A DNA stretch of 64,000 bases from an uncultured Chloroflexia bacterium (GCA_963765765.1 CAVXYC010000001.1:32001-96000), one strand, 5' to 3'; positions 1 through 9,816 are shown, counted from the first letter of the stretch. Notes: generated from the letters alone by a model not told the origin. Program-made: numbers and translations.

Positions 1-113
1 TCGAGCGCACCGTTCAGGTCCTCCTGAAGTACCAGAGCATCATGGTCGTAGAGCTCCTCGGTGACGCTCACGATCAGGACTCGTCCAACCTTGATGATCG
101 GGACTCGTGCCAT
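1..113 (-). CDS. rsbS: RsbS-like STAS anti-anti-sigma/stressosome subunit (5' part only, runs off the window)
   Basis: Hand translation from ATG at 113: MARVPIIKVGRVLIVSVTEELYDHDALVLQEDLNGALE, matching the RsbS N-terminus (xPILKxGxxLIVSIQxELxDxxAxxLQEDL). GAGGA RBS upstream. Absent from the ORF track because there is no stop in the window. Confidence 0.85.
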   Translation of the reverse strand, partial: MARVPIIKVGRVLIVSVTEELYDHDALVLQEDLNGAL

Positions 114-599
114 TAAATCGTCCTCGGTGTCGTTTTCCAGCCGGGTCCTGGACGCGCGCCGATTCTTCACTTCGAAGCCCAGACGATCAAACGCCAGCTC
201 TAGGCCCTTGGCCATCGTGACTCGTGTCGTCACGCCCGAGAGATCCAGTCCGAGGTGCACGAGTGTCAGCGCCGTATGTGTGGAGACGCCGACAATGAGC
301 ACCTCTGCGCCCAGCAGCCGAGATGCTGCTACCGTCTCCAGCAGGTGTTTGGCTACCGCGGTATCAATGACCGGTACGGCGGTGATGTCCATGATGACGA
401 TCTCCGAACCCGTGGCCACGATCTTGTCGAGAAGCGCCTCATTCATCTCCTGTGTTCGAGCGGTATCCAGGCTTCCGACAATTGGGAGTGCCAGGATGCC
501 TTCCCAGACCTGGATGACCGGAGTCTGGAGCTCGCGAATCGTTCGCCTCTGCTCCTCGATTTGCCTTTGGATGCCTGTGCTGTCGCCGCCACTCACCAC
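114..599 (-). CDS. rsbR: RsbR-like STAS stressosome subunit lacking an N-terminal sensor domain
   Basis: Hand translation: VVSGGDSTGIQRQIEEQRRTIRELQTPVIQVWEGILALPIVGSLDTARTQ...IMDITAVPVIDTAVAKHLL...LGAEVLIVGVS...LVHLGLDL, with both RsbT-phosphorylated DT motifs. As sequenced it reads in frame into rsbS. Confidence 0.88.
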
Positions 600-602
600 C
601 GC

Positions 603-1697
603 TTACTCCTTCGCACCACTTCCCTCAATGGGTATCCAGACGCGCAACGTGGTTCCTCGCCCCGGCTCACTCTCAATGTCGATGCGCCCCTGATGCGCCT
701 CAACGAGGTTCTTGACAAGGGATAAGCCCAGACCGAGACCACGGATCTCCATTTTGCGAGCCTCTGGTGCCCGATAGAATTTATCGAAGATCCGATCCTG
801 AACATCTGCCGACATCCCGATACCGGTGTCGGAGACCTCAGCCCAGGCGAGGTTCTGCTCGCATCCGGAGCGGACCTTGACACTGCCGCCCGGAGGCGTA
901 TACCGCACGGCATTCGATAGGAGATTGCCAAAGGTACTGAGCAGAGCATCCTCATTGCCCCACACCATGACCTGCTGGGGCGCGGGCTCGAAGTGAATGG
1001 CGACCTCGTCTTCTGCGCCACCCACAGCGGCCCAATCACACGCTTGCTGCAGAATGCTCGTGAGGTCCTGCGGACCCAGCACCAGCTCCGGCGATTCATC
1101 GCGACTGGCTTCCACCAGGTCCGCGCTCAGCCGCGAGAGGCGATCCATCGCTCGACGCGCCGCTTCCAGCAGCCCGCTTGCGCCCTCGGTCTCGCCCCGC
1201 GTCAACATGCGGCGCGCCAGATCGAGATTGCCGCGGGCCGCCGTGAGCGGCGTTCGCAGTTCGTGTGCGATCACCGCCAGCAGCTCGTCCTTCTGATGAC
1301 CCAGCCGCTCAACGTCTAGTACGCGTTGATGCTGCTCCTCGGCTTGAACATCGGCATCCTGCATGCTCTCTTTCAAGCGCAGCTCGAGGAACTCCTTAAA
1401 GTGCACGCCATACGCGATCATGATCTCCAATAAGAACTGCTGGGCATCGATCTCGGCCCGTGCGCGGTCACGATAGGTCTTACCTGACAGTACGCGATCG
1501 AAGCTCTCGAAATGGAGTGCAATGATGTCCTCGGGGCCGAGGCCGCCATCGATGAACTCCTGGCTCAGCAGCGACACCCGATAGAGATCTTCCTCACTAC
1601 GAGTTTGAAGATACGTGGCGAGGATCTGTTCGTACGCGTCTGGCCCGCCTAAGGACTCGCTTCTCTCGCTGGCATTCTCGAAGTGATCCGTTGTCAT
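603..1697 (-). CDS. Histidine kinase with N-terminal RsbU_N domain (RsbU_N-HisKA-HATPase_c)
   Basis: H box AHELRTPL; N box NLLSNAVRYT; G1 DTGIG; F box IFDKFYR; G2 GLGLGL. The N-terminus YEQILATYL..SEEDLY...GPEDIIALH...FLLEIMIAYG resembles B. subtilis RsbU residues 1-90. Confidence 0.9.
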   Translation of the reverse strand: MTTDHFENASERSESLGGPDAYEQILATYLQTRSEEDLYRVSLLSQEFIDGGLGPEDIIALHFESFDRVLSGKTYRDRARAEIDAQQFLLEIMIAYGVHFKEFLELRLKESMQDADVQAEEQHQRVLDVERLGHQKDELLAVIAHELRTPLTAARGNLDLARRMLTRGETEGASGLLEAARRAMDRLSRLSADLVEASRDESPELVLGPQDLTSILQQACDWAAVGGAEDEVAIHFEPAPQQVMVWGNEDALLSTFGNLLSNAVRYTPPGGSVKVRSGCEQNLAWAEVSDTGIGMSADVQDRIFDKFYRAPEARKMEIRGLGLGLSLVKNLVEAHQGRIDIESEPGRGTTLRVWIPIEGSGAKE

Positions 1698-1938
1698 GGG
1701 CCTTCTTCTTCAACCGGATCTCTGTTGGGCGTTTCGGCCAACGGAGGTCCAGATTCGAGCTCCTCCTGTCCCGACGCGATGTGATTGCCTATCAGGCGCC
1801 ATGCCCGTCTCTGACGGCCCGCATTGCGCAGTCATACGCACAACGCTGACCGGAACGATGCATTGAGCCGGCAGCGATGCAAGCCATTGTACGCGTAGTA
1901 GGTCCGTTTTGATAATCGAAGCCGCTCGCTGCGCCGAC

Positions 1939-2252
1939 TCAGGCTGAGTTGCCGGCCATTTGCATCGCGCCAACAACCACCACGAGCCAACCTACAATCA
2001 TGACAAAGACATTAAAACCAGCCGAACCCAACCGGTGGGCGTACCCGGGTCTTCCGGCACAGCGCCGCGCTCAAAGAACAAAAGGTTTAGGAAGTACGAC
2101 GCTGGGTGTGAGCAGGCGTAGAGGCCGAGCACAATACCGATAGCGCCATCCAACATCGCATGGCCGAGAATGCCGTGCCAGATGTAGAGCAGTGCCCCGT
2201 AAGTCGCGGCAATGACTACGCTCCACAACCGCTCTTCCATCAGGCCTCGCAC
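1939..2252 (-). CDS. Small membrane protein, probably one frameshift near 2020
   Basis: ORF 1998-2252 has two hydrophobic helices. A third (FNVFVMIVGWLVVVVGAMQ) continues in another frame to TGA at 1939. Confidence 0.5.
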
Positions 2253-2566
2253 TATACCGAGCGCGTACTCCGTTGCCCCTCATATCGAATGGGCCGGGTT
2301 TATTGCCGAACGTTTGTGACGCGAGGCGCGTCCAGCCACGAGTATAGTGCCGCTCTCTAGGCTATCATTCCATTAAACTTCAGGATCCCGCGGTCCTGTT
2401 CTCGAGGCTAGTGGCCCGGTCCTGCCGTGGACTCTCCATCGGGCCGCGCCCCGTATAATTACAGTTCCTGATCTGGGAAGATTCACACTTAGCCGATACG
2501 GAACAAGTGTAGTCCGCACTTCCCCATCTGCATTCCCCGCAGCGCCGCCTGCACTGAAAGCATTCC

Positions 2567-4390
2567 TTGGCTAACTATGTCCGGCTTCTCCTGCTGACCG
2601 TCCTGCTCGTAGGGTGCTCAGCGGGCCCCGCCACCATGACCTCATCAAACGATAACGAGGATAGCGTTGTCTCGGAGCTGCATCAGCGGTCTGATCGCAC
2701 GGAGGATCTGCATTGGCTTCGGTCCATGGCTGGAGACCATCCATGGTTCGCCGAAGGCAACAGTCGATCAAGCGTCATCGAGGAAAAGTACCGCGCTTTC
2801 AATAGCGGCGATCGTGCCCGAATTGCGCGCATGAACGCGGTGCTCTCCGCCGAAGCTCAGACACGGGCCAGCCTCGTGTTGACCCGCTGGATGAGTCAGC
2901 TTGATCCCGAGAACGGCCTCCTACCCAAGGGCCGGGCTTCAGAAGACCGAGTCTGGGATTATGCCGATACCAGCGCAGATCTTTTTCCGCATCTGCTCAT
3001 CGCGGCCACACTGATTGACCCCAACAGCGCCGCGGCACTTACAAGGATCATCGCCACCGAACGTGCGATGTCGAGCGCCCTGGGGCTGCCCGAGAATATC
3101 GACCTGAAGACAGACAAACCGGTCAAGCAAGATCTGGAAGATCGTATCTACGGCTCGGTGGAGTACGCCAAGGATGGGCTTCTGCCGCTTCTGGAGCGAC
3201 TGGGCCCCGGGCCATGGTCAGACCGATTGCTGGATATCGCACGGCGCGTGGACGCCGCGGGAGTTGAGACCACTCGCTTTGGCAGCATTCCATCCGATTC
3301 AAGCGAGGTGAATGGCCAGGCACTGCAAGTGCTGACGCGCGCATACTGGCTCACCGGGGATGAGCAGTTCACACGCAGCGGTGCGCGTATAAGCCGCGCC
3401 TACCTTGACCTTGCATTGCCCTCTACAGGAATGATCCCCGGTCGCACCTGGGATTTCCGTCGAGAGACGGCGAATACGCAACACGCACAGCTTCGAGACC
3501 ACGGTAATGAGGTTGTGGCCGGCCTGGTGGAGTTTCACTTGATCGAGTCTACCCTGGGGATGCCCGAGATTCAGGAGCGGCGCCAGGACATTCGAGACAT
3601 GCTCGGAGCGCTGTTGAGGCTGGGCCGTACGGACGTTGGGCTCTGGAAGAGCGCCATCGATTTCCAGACTGGCGAGGCGCTCAAGGACACCATCTCGGAC
3701 AATTGGGGCTATCTGTTTTCCGCCTATCTCACTCAGGCGATGATTGAGGAACGATTTCCCGGTGGTGACCTTGAGCTTGCAGCCACCTATCGGGCTGCCA
3801 CCAAGCGCGGGCTCAATGCCGCGGCGAACCTCGACTTCTATCCCTGGCAGGGCATCGAGCAGGATGGCTATGCCGATACCATCGAGAGCGCGCTGTATCT
3901 CATCGACCAGATGGCTGCGCCACGCGCTGAACGTTGGATTGATCGTCAGGCGGGAACGCTTTTTGGCGCACAGGATGCCACCGGTCGAGTGGAAGACCGG
4001 TACCTTGACGGTAACTTTGTTCGAACCGCGCTGCTCTATTCGGGCTGGCAGAGCCAGGGCGTGCGGGCGGATCCGTGGGAGCCAGGAGTCCTACTGGGCG
4101 CCGTGCCCGATGGCGATTGCGTGCAGCTTGCGCTCGGCTCGGGGCATCAGTGGGATGGGCGGATTGTCTTTGATGCACCCCGCCATCGGACCATCCTCAA
4201 TCTTCCCATGTCGTACCCACGCCTGAACGGCTGGCCTGAGTGGTTTACCGCGGAGACGGATAGCGTCTACCGTGCGAGCGATCTCAGTGCTGGTACAGCG
4301 CGAGAGATGACTGGCGCGGAGCTTCTCAGCGGGGTTCCAATGCAGCTTGAGCCCGGCTCAGAGCGAGACTGGCGCGTTTGCCCAGCCTGA
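2567..4390 (+). CDS. Uncharacterised lipoprotein, probable (alpha/alpha)6 six-hairpin glycosidase-like fold
   Basis: 607 aa with lipobox LVGC; aromatic/acidic helical motifs (DSSEVNGQ, AYWLTGD, LRDHGNE, DNWGY, DGYADTIES, DGNFVRT). Confidence 0.6.
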   Translation: MANYVRLLLLTVLLVGCSAGPATMTSSNDNEDSVVSELHQRSDRTEDLHWLRSMAGDHPWFAEGNSRSSVIEEKYRAFNSGDRARIARMNAVLSAEAQTRASLVLTRWMSQLDPENGLLPKGRASEDRVWDYADTSADLFPHLLIAATLIDPNSAAALTRIIATERAMSSALGLPENIDLKTDKPVKQDLEDRIYGSVEYAKDGLLPLLERLGPGPWSDRLLDIARRVDAAGVETTRFGSIPSDSSEVNGQALQVLTRAYWLTGDEQFTRSGARISRAYLDLALPSTGMIPGRTWDFRRETANTQHAQLRDHGNEVVAGLVEFHLIESTLGMPEIQERRQDIRDMLGALLRLGRTDVGLWKSAIDFQTGEALKDTISDNWGYLFSAYLTQAMIEERFPGGDLELAATYRAATKRGLNAAANLDFYPWQGIEQDGYADTIESALYLIDQMAAPRAERWIDRQAGTLFGAQDATGRVEDRYLDGNFVRTALLYSGWQSQGVRADPWEPGVLLGAVPDGDCVQLALGSGHQWDGRIVFDAPRHRTILNLPMSYPRLNGWPEWFTAETDSVYRASDLSAGTAREMTGAELLSGVPMQLEPGSERDWRVCPA

Positions 4391-4476
4391 TCCCTGATCG
4401 CCGCATCGCGACGCGCTTGTTATCGCCGCCGGCCGGACTGTCCCCATCGTGCGATCCCGCACCACGTTCAGTGAAA

Positions 4477-4492
4477 TGGCACGCTTTCTGCT
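4477..4492 (+). promoter_or_regulatory. Sigma54-type -24/-12 promoter
   Basis: TGGCACGCTTTCTGCT: GG-N10-GC, one mismatch to TGGCACGNNNNTTGCW, about 75 nt upstream of the ATG at 4568. Confidence 0.6.
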
Positions 4493-4567
4493 ATATTAGC
4501 GCCGAGTCGCTTCACCAGCTCGATCGACAGCGATCGCTGGTTGATCAAGCGGATGTGAGGTGTAGGT

Positions 4568-4831
4568 ATGGGCATACTGTCGTGGATCATTCTGGGGCTC
4601 ATCGCGGGTTGGCTGGCCGGACAAGTCATGAAGGGCGGCGGGTACGGACTCGTCGGTGATATTGTTCTTGGCATTATCGGTGCCATCGTTGGTGGGTTCC
4701 TGTCGAGCGCCATTTTCGGATGGGATGTCTCCGGTATCAATATCTCTAGCATCCTCATTGCGTTTATCGGTGCTTGTATCGTGATCGGGCTGTCACGCCT
4801 AGTGACAGGACGACGAGGCGCAAGCGTCTAA
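4568..4831 (+). CDS. GlsB/YeaQ/YmgE family (transglycosylase-associated) stress membrane protein
   Basis: MGILSWIILGLIAGWLAG...GLVGDIVLGIIGAIVGG signature. Confidence 0.95.
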   Translation: MGILSWIILGLIAGWLAGQVMKGGGYGLVGDIVLGIIGAIVGGFLSSAIFGWDVSGINISSILIAFIGACIVIGLSRLVTGRRGASV

Positions 4832-4852
4832 ACTTCTAGCAACGAAGTAAGT

Positions 4853-4893
4853 AAGAACGGGCACCCAAAGGGTGCCCGTTCTTCTTGTTGTTT
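4853..4893 (+). terminator. Rho-independent terminator
   Basis: AAGAACGGGCACCC-AAA-GGGTGCCCGTTCTT (14-bp stem) followed by a U-rich tail. Confidence 0.85.
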
Positions 4894-4933
4894 CCTTTGT
4901 GTTGTTCTCGCGACGACCGCCACACAGAGAAAT

Positions 4934-5030
4934 GACCCTACCCAGCCCGCTCCGCTGCGGCAGGTGGCAGCGTGTTTAGTTCGTCAGAGAATCCGGCTGC
5001 TTCATCACCGCAGCGGGGCGGGCTGGGGTC
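4934..5030. repeat. Degenerate BoxC-like inverted repeat pair
   Basis: GACCCTACCCAGCCCGCTCCGCTGCGG ... CCGCAGCGGGGCGGGCTGGGGTC; related to the element at 18442. Confidence 0.55.
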
Positions 5031-5191
5031 GAGGCTCCTTCCGTCAAGCCCTACTCGCCATCTACCCCGAATTACGGTACGGTGGTATCCTGTGCTCCGC
5101 CGCCCGCAACATCGTAAGCAAGGACGCTCTCGAGCCAACGAACGACCCAGCTAGCCGTTTGCGCTTTTGCGTCCCCAACGGAGGGTCACTG

Positions 5192-6581
5192 TTGTCATTG
5201 CTCGATGCTCTTGCAAATCTGGTTCGTCCCCAGCGTCCGTTAGCCGCCGGTGGTTCGACTGAACCAACTGCTCCTCCAAATGCTTCAATGATCTCGTCAA
5301 GCGCCTCGTCCGGGGCTGACCTGCCCGTGACTGGCGCCGTCGATGCCGCGGAGCCGACCACAGCGGAAGAAGAGGAAGGTCCTTCTCCTCGCGAGGCCCA
5401 GGCGATGCTTCAGCTAAGCAACGTCTCTCACGGCCTGAACCACTTCCAGAATCAAATGATGGCGATGCTCTATCCGTCCATCATGGCCGAGCTGGGCATG
5501 ACAAACATGGAAGTGGGCATGCTGTCCGCCGTGCGCGGTGTGACCAATAGTGTCAGCCAGGGCCTGTACGGATTCGTGACGCCTTTTGTCTCGCGCTGCA
5601 AGATCCTCGCCTGGGGCAACTTCGGCATTGCCATCGGGACGTTCATGAGTGCCATGGCCGGTAGTTACCCCATGATGGTGCTCGCTCGTAGCGTCGCTGG
5701 CACGGGATCCAGCGCGCAGCACCCCGTTGGGCTACAGCATCCTTGCCAGTTACTTCCCTAAGAACCGCGGCTCTGTGATCGCGATCAACACCAGCGCATC
5801 GAACGTTGGCACGCTGATAGCCACGCCCGTTGCCACGGCCATGCTGCTCATCATGGGCTGGCGTGAGATCTTCTATATCGTTGGATTCCTCAGCGTCATC
5901 ATGGGCGTGATCTACATCCTGTTCAAGGACTACGGCGCCCCGGACCGCACCGGCTCGAAGAGCGCGCGTATGGCCGCGGGCTTCAAGAGCTACGGCCGGG
6001 TTCTCAAGAACCGCAACATGATGATTATCGCGCTGGTGTTCATGGTTGGCGCCGCGGGGAGCGAGGGCGGAATCAACCAGACGTACTTTGCGCCGCACTT
6101 AGCCAACGACTTCCTGTACGGCTCGCTCGTTGTCGGAATACTCATGACCGCGATTGGACTAGGAAGCGTTGGTGGCCCGATCCTCTTCGGTTGGCTGTCA
6201 GACCGCATGGATCGTGTCCACGTGCTTCAGACCTCGCTCGCGCTTTCAATCGTTACTACGCTCTGGGTGGCCTGGATTGGCCCTGGCGAGGCGCTGCTTT
6301 TCGTGAGCCTGTTCATCTACAGCGCCGTCACGTCATCGCGCGGTACGCTGACTCAGGCTATCGTGGCGGACGAAGTTGGCGATCAAGATCGCGACGCAGC
6401 ATTCAGCCTGTATTTTCTGCTGGGCTTTATCTCGCAGCCGTTCTGGGTGCTGCTCACTGGCTATCTGATGGACACGCAGGGCTGGGGTGTTGCCCTCTCG
6501 CGACTAAGCGTCTCGTACATCGCTGGCATTATTCTGCTCTTCTTCATCCGCGCACCCGAGAAGAGCGCAGAGAAGGCCTAA
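5192..6581 (+). CDS. MFS transporter (frameshift near 5730)
   Basis: Two overlapping ORFs join at SAQHPVG/YSILASYFPKNRG; motif GWLSDRMDR; about 12 TM helices; probable TTG start after GGAGG. Confidence 0.88.
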
Positions 6582-6816
6582 CAGAGCAGAGGCGTCTAAG
6601 TAAGGGCGAAGGCTACTACGGGCAGTTGCAACGCAATACAGTCTGGTTGGCGCCAACGATTGCTACGGAGTTCTCCACATGGAGTTCCTCATGCTTGACT
6701 TGTGGCAGCACCACGCGCCAATATCAGTCTCTTTTGTTTGGTAGTAAGAAAAGCTGTCCATTGACGGCGACCGCAACCGGCGCTGCCCGCGACATACGAG
6801 CTGGCAGCATCCACGT

Positions 6817-7239
6817 TCATCGCTCGGTTGCCATGGACCCAGGAGTGGCGGCCCACCGCCCCTGCACCGGGATCGCCTCGTTCGGCCCCGGCCAGGGCGG
6901 AATGGTCGTAATGATAAAGGTGAGCGGCAGGTCGCCAATGGTACGGAACTGGAATTCCGTGCCGAGGGGAATCGTGAGCGCCACGCCGGCGTGCACCGGA
7001 GTCACCTCCTCGTGGCTTCCCGATCTGCGCCACACCTCACCCACTCCGCTGAGAAAGAACCACGTCTCTTCAACGGTCTGATGCCGTACCGCCTGGGTGA
7101 CAGCGCCTGCCGGGAGCGTGCAATGCACGGTGCTCGCCCCATTTACCTCAGCGAGAAGCCGAATTTCCGAGCCATCTGGAGCGAGGACATCGTAGGCAGT
7201 GGGCAACGAGCGAGTCTGCCACGGGGACTCGGCGGCCAT
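6817..7239 (-). CDS. Cupin domain protein
   Basis: APDGSEIRLL...VRHQTVEETWFFLSGVGEVW...PPWPG, a mannose-6-phosphate isomerase-like cupin. Confidence 0.88.
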   Translation of the reverse strand: MAAESPWQTRSLPTAYDVLAPDGSEIRLLAEVNGASTVHCTLPAGAVTQAVRHQTVEETWFFLSGVGEVWRRSGSHEEVTPVHAGVALTIPLGTEFQFRTIGDLPLTFIITTIPPWPGPNEAIPVQGRWAATPGSMATER

Positions 7240-7244
7240 GCGCT

Positions 7245-8282
7245 CTAGACCTGAGCGACCTTTACGTCGTTGACCGCGGAGAGCTGTATCCCCAGCTCAC
7301 TCCAGGAATCACCGGCGTCCTCACTTCGGATCAGCTCACCTCGGCGAAGACCAGCGTAGATGTGATCTGTCTGCTCAGAGTCGTAAGCCATGGCGCTGGC
7401 GAATGGCTTCTGATCTTCTGGCAGGTCCGGTTGGAGCGGCTTCCATGTCCGTCCACCGTTGGTGGTTCGAACCATTTCGGCCCGCGGCCCGCCGTTCCGC
7501 CATCCACCCGGTGCGCTCTTAGCCAGACAGGTCACTAACGTTTGTGGGTCATGGGGATGCATGGCCAGGGTGGCCGAATAGGTCTGCGAGAAATCCATCG
7601 CCTGCGGCTGCCACGTCTCACCGCCGTCATCGCTGCGATACAACGACTTCCCTGGGGCATTTCCGGCGCGCACGCCCGCCCCACCGGTGGAAATGAACAG
7701 CGTATCGGGATTGGATGGATCGAGGACGATGACGTGGACGTCCTCATCCAGCCCATTGTCCAGGGTGCGCCACGACCGGCCGCCGTCGGTTGTCTTGAGC
7801 ATGTAGCCGACCTGCAGGGCAAGGTACATGGTGTCATTGTTCCTGGGATCGATGGCGATGCTTCGGATATGTGGCTCAACCGTGGAAACGGGGTACACGA
7901 CGTCCGGCACGCCCTCCGTCTCGCGCACGCTATCGATGCGGTCCCATGACTTACCGAGATTGTGGCTGACGAATAGCTCGATAGGCTCTCCGCCGGCCCA
8001 GAGCGTGTTCGAATCATGAGGATCGAACATCAACGAGGTGACTTTGCCTGGTCCGGGCTTCCCATACGAGGGTTTGGTCCAGGTCTGACCACAATCCTGA
8101 CTGAGCCACACACCATCACCTCGCGTGCCAGCCGCGACGATATTGGCCGACGTGGGCGAAACGGCCAATTCTCTGATAGCGAACGGTGCAAGCGCATGCG
8201 CGCTTTCAGTCCAGCCACCCGAAGATTCCTGGGTCAATGACACGAATCCATCGCCTGTTCCGCAATACAGCATCGTCGTCAT
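7245..8282 (-). CDS. BNR/Asp-box repeat beta-propeller protein (no signal peptide)
   Basis: Multiple SxDxGxTW Asp boxes (SQDCGQTW, TTDGGRSW, SDDGGETW, TTNGGRTW, SEDAGDSW); ATG at 8282 after GGAGG. Confidence 0.88.
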   Translation of the reverse strand: MTTMLYCGTGDGFVSLTQESSGGWTESAHALAPFAIRELAVSPTSANIVAAGTRGDGVWLSQDCGQTWTKPSYGKPGPGKVTSLMFDPHDSNTLWAGGEPIELFVSHNLGKSWDRIDSVRETEGVPDVVYPVSTVEPHIRSIAIDPRNNDTMYLALQVGYMLKTTDGGRSWRTLDNGLDEDVHVIVLDPSNPDTLFISTGGAGVRAGNAPGKSLYRSDDGGETWQPQAMDFSQTYSATLAMHPHDPQTLVTCLAKSAPGGWRNGGPRAEMVRTTNGGRTWKPLQPDLPEDQKPFASAMAYDSEQTDHIYAGLRRGELIRSEDAGDSWSELGIQLSAVNDVKVAQV

Positions 8283-8361
8283 TCGTTGGCACCTCCGCCC
8301 CTGTCTATCGGCCACACAGTACCACTGATCCAGCGCTCTAGCCATCATGCCCCGGCTTGCG

Positions 8362-8739
8362 TCAATGCTCGAGGCTCTCGACCAACGCCTTTGGCGCCTG
8401 GCAGCACCACCCGTTCGTAATGATCTCCCTGAGCTCATCGGTATCGACTTCTGGGAGTCTGACGAGTATCGCCGGGAAGCCTTCATAGTGCGGCTCGGTG
8501 AAATATTTGGCTGAGTCCGAAGCGAGGAACATCTTCTTCTCGTCCAGGTCTGCAACTCTTACGGCGATGACATCAGGTCGTGGCACACGAGGCTTCTTCG
8601 GTGTGACGCGCTCCATCCATACCCAGGCGAAGCCCTTTAGCTTCGACTTATTTCGCACTGAGAACGCAAAGTGATCGTCAGCCTCCTCCGTCTGCGGCAG
8701 AGAAAGGGCGATGCGGCGAACGTCGTCCTGGTCAGCCAT
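8362..8739 (-). CDS. MmcQ/YjbR family protein
   Basis: DVRRIALSLP...FTEPHYEGFPAILVRL...ELITNGW-like..QAPK pattern. Confidence 0.85.
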   Translation of the reverse strand: MADQDDVRRIALSLPQTEEADDHFAFSVRNKSKLKGFAWVWMERVTPKKPRVPRPDVIAVRVADLDEKKMFLASDSAKYFTEPHYEGFPAILVRLPEVDTDELREIITNGWCCQAPKALVESLEH

Positions 8740-8777
8740 ACGTGCTCCCTCAGGAGATCCTTGCATCTGCCGCGGCG

Positions 8778-9791
8778 CTATTCGTCACCCTCAGAATGAG
8801 CAACGCGTAGCATCGCTGCGCCGTTGACGCGGCCATGCTTCAGATCCTGCAGCGCTCGATTCGCTTCAACAAGGGGGTATTCGCTGATCTCGCTGCGAAT
8901 CGGGATGTCTGCCGCAAGCTCGAGAAGCTCGCGAGCATCCTGCCGGGTGAGGTTCGCCACGCTACGCACAGTTCGCTCGTGATACAAGAGCTCGTACGGC
9001 AGCTCAGGGATCGGGCTCATGTGAATGCCGGCCAGCGCCAGTGTTCCTCCTGGTCGAAGTGCCCGAAGGGCAAGAGGAACGATCCAGCCGGCGGGGGCGA
9101 AAATGATCCCGGCATCGATCTCAGGCGCAGGCTCAGCATCCGCGCCTCCAGCCCAGACTGCGCCAAGGTCCCGTGCGAGCTGACGATGCTCCTCCGAGCG
9201 CGTGAAGACGTACGGCTCGATCCCCTTATGGCGGGCAATCTGGAGTACGAGATGCGCCGACGCGCCGAACCCGTACAAGCCGAGTCGCTCGCCAGGCTGT
9301 ACCTCGGACAATCTCAACGCCCGATACCCGATGGCGCCGGCGCAGAGGAGCGGCGCAGCCTGGTCACTAGTGAATGTCTCAGGAATTGGCACCGTGAAAT
9401 CGGCGCGTGCCACCATGTACTCCGCGTATCCGCCATTGGCGGTGTAGCCATTGAATTCGGCCTTTTCACACAGGTTCTCCAGGCCGCGTCGGCAGTAACG
9501 GCAAACGCCACAAGCAGAGCGCAGCCAGAATGCCCCGACCCGCTCGCCGACCTGTCGGTCCTGTACGCCTCTCACGGCGACAATTCTCCCCACTACCTGG
9601 TGGCCTGGTGTCACCGGGGTGAGTCGCGCGGGCAGGTCACCCTCCACTACGTGGAGATCTGTATGACAGACTGCACACACTTCGACACGGATGACGACTT
9701 CTCCAAATCGTGGAACGGGCCGCGCGACGTCCACTGGAGTGAGGGGCGACGTGTCTATGGAGTTCGGTGGCGTGGCACGCATACTCAGCAT
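8778..9791 (-). CDS. Zinc-dependent alcohol dehydrogenase family protein
   Basis: CAVCHTDLH, PGHQVVG, CGVCRYC..ENLC, GLYGFGASAH. Confidence 0.92.
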   Translation of the reverse strand: MLSMRATPPNSIDTSPLTPVDVARPVPRFGEVVIRVEVCAVCHTDLHVVEGDLPARLTPVTPGHQVVGRIVAVRGVQDRQVGERVGAFWLRSACGVCRYCRRGLENLCEKAEFNGYTANGGYAEYMVARADFTVPIPETFTSDQAAPLLCAGAIGYRALRLSEVQPGERLGLYGFGASAHLVLQIARHKGIEPYVFTRSEEHRQLARDLGAVWAGGADAEPAPEIDAGIIFAPAGWIVPLALRALRPGGTLALAGIHMSPIPELPYELLYHERTVRSVANLTRQDARELLELAADIPIRSEISEYPLVEANRALQDLKHGRVNGAAMLRVAHSEGDE

Positions 9792-9816
9792 GACGGCGCC
9801 GTTCGGAGTAGCGAGA

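Noticed and set aside
61-693. 210-aa plus-strand ORF, and similar long overlapping ORFs (8835-9851, 13665-14672, 20612-21526, 23143-24087)
   Set aside because: Antisense shadows of recognisable genes in high-GC DNA.
6582-6816. Lower-GC intergenic stretch, possible gene remnant
   Set aside because: No recognisable motif or credible ORF in any frame.
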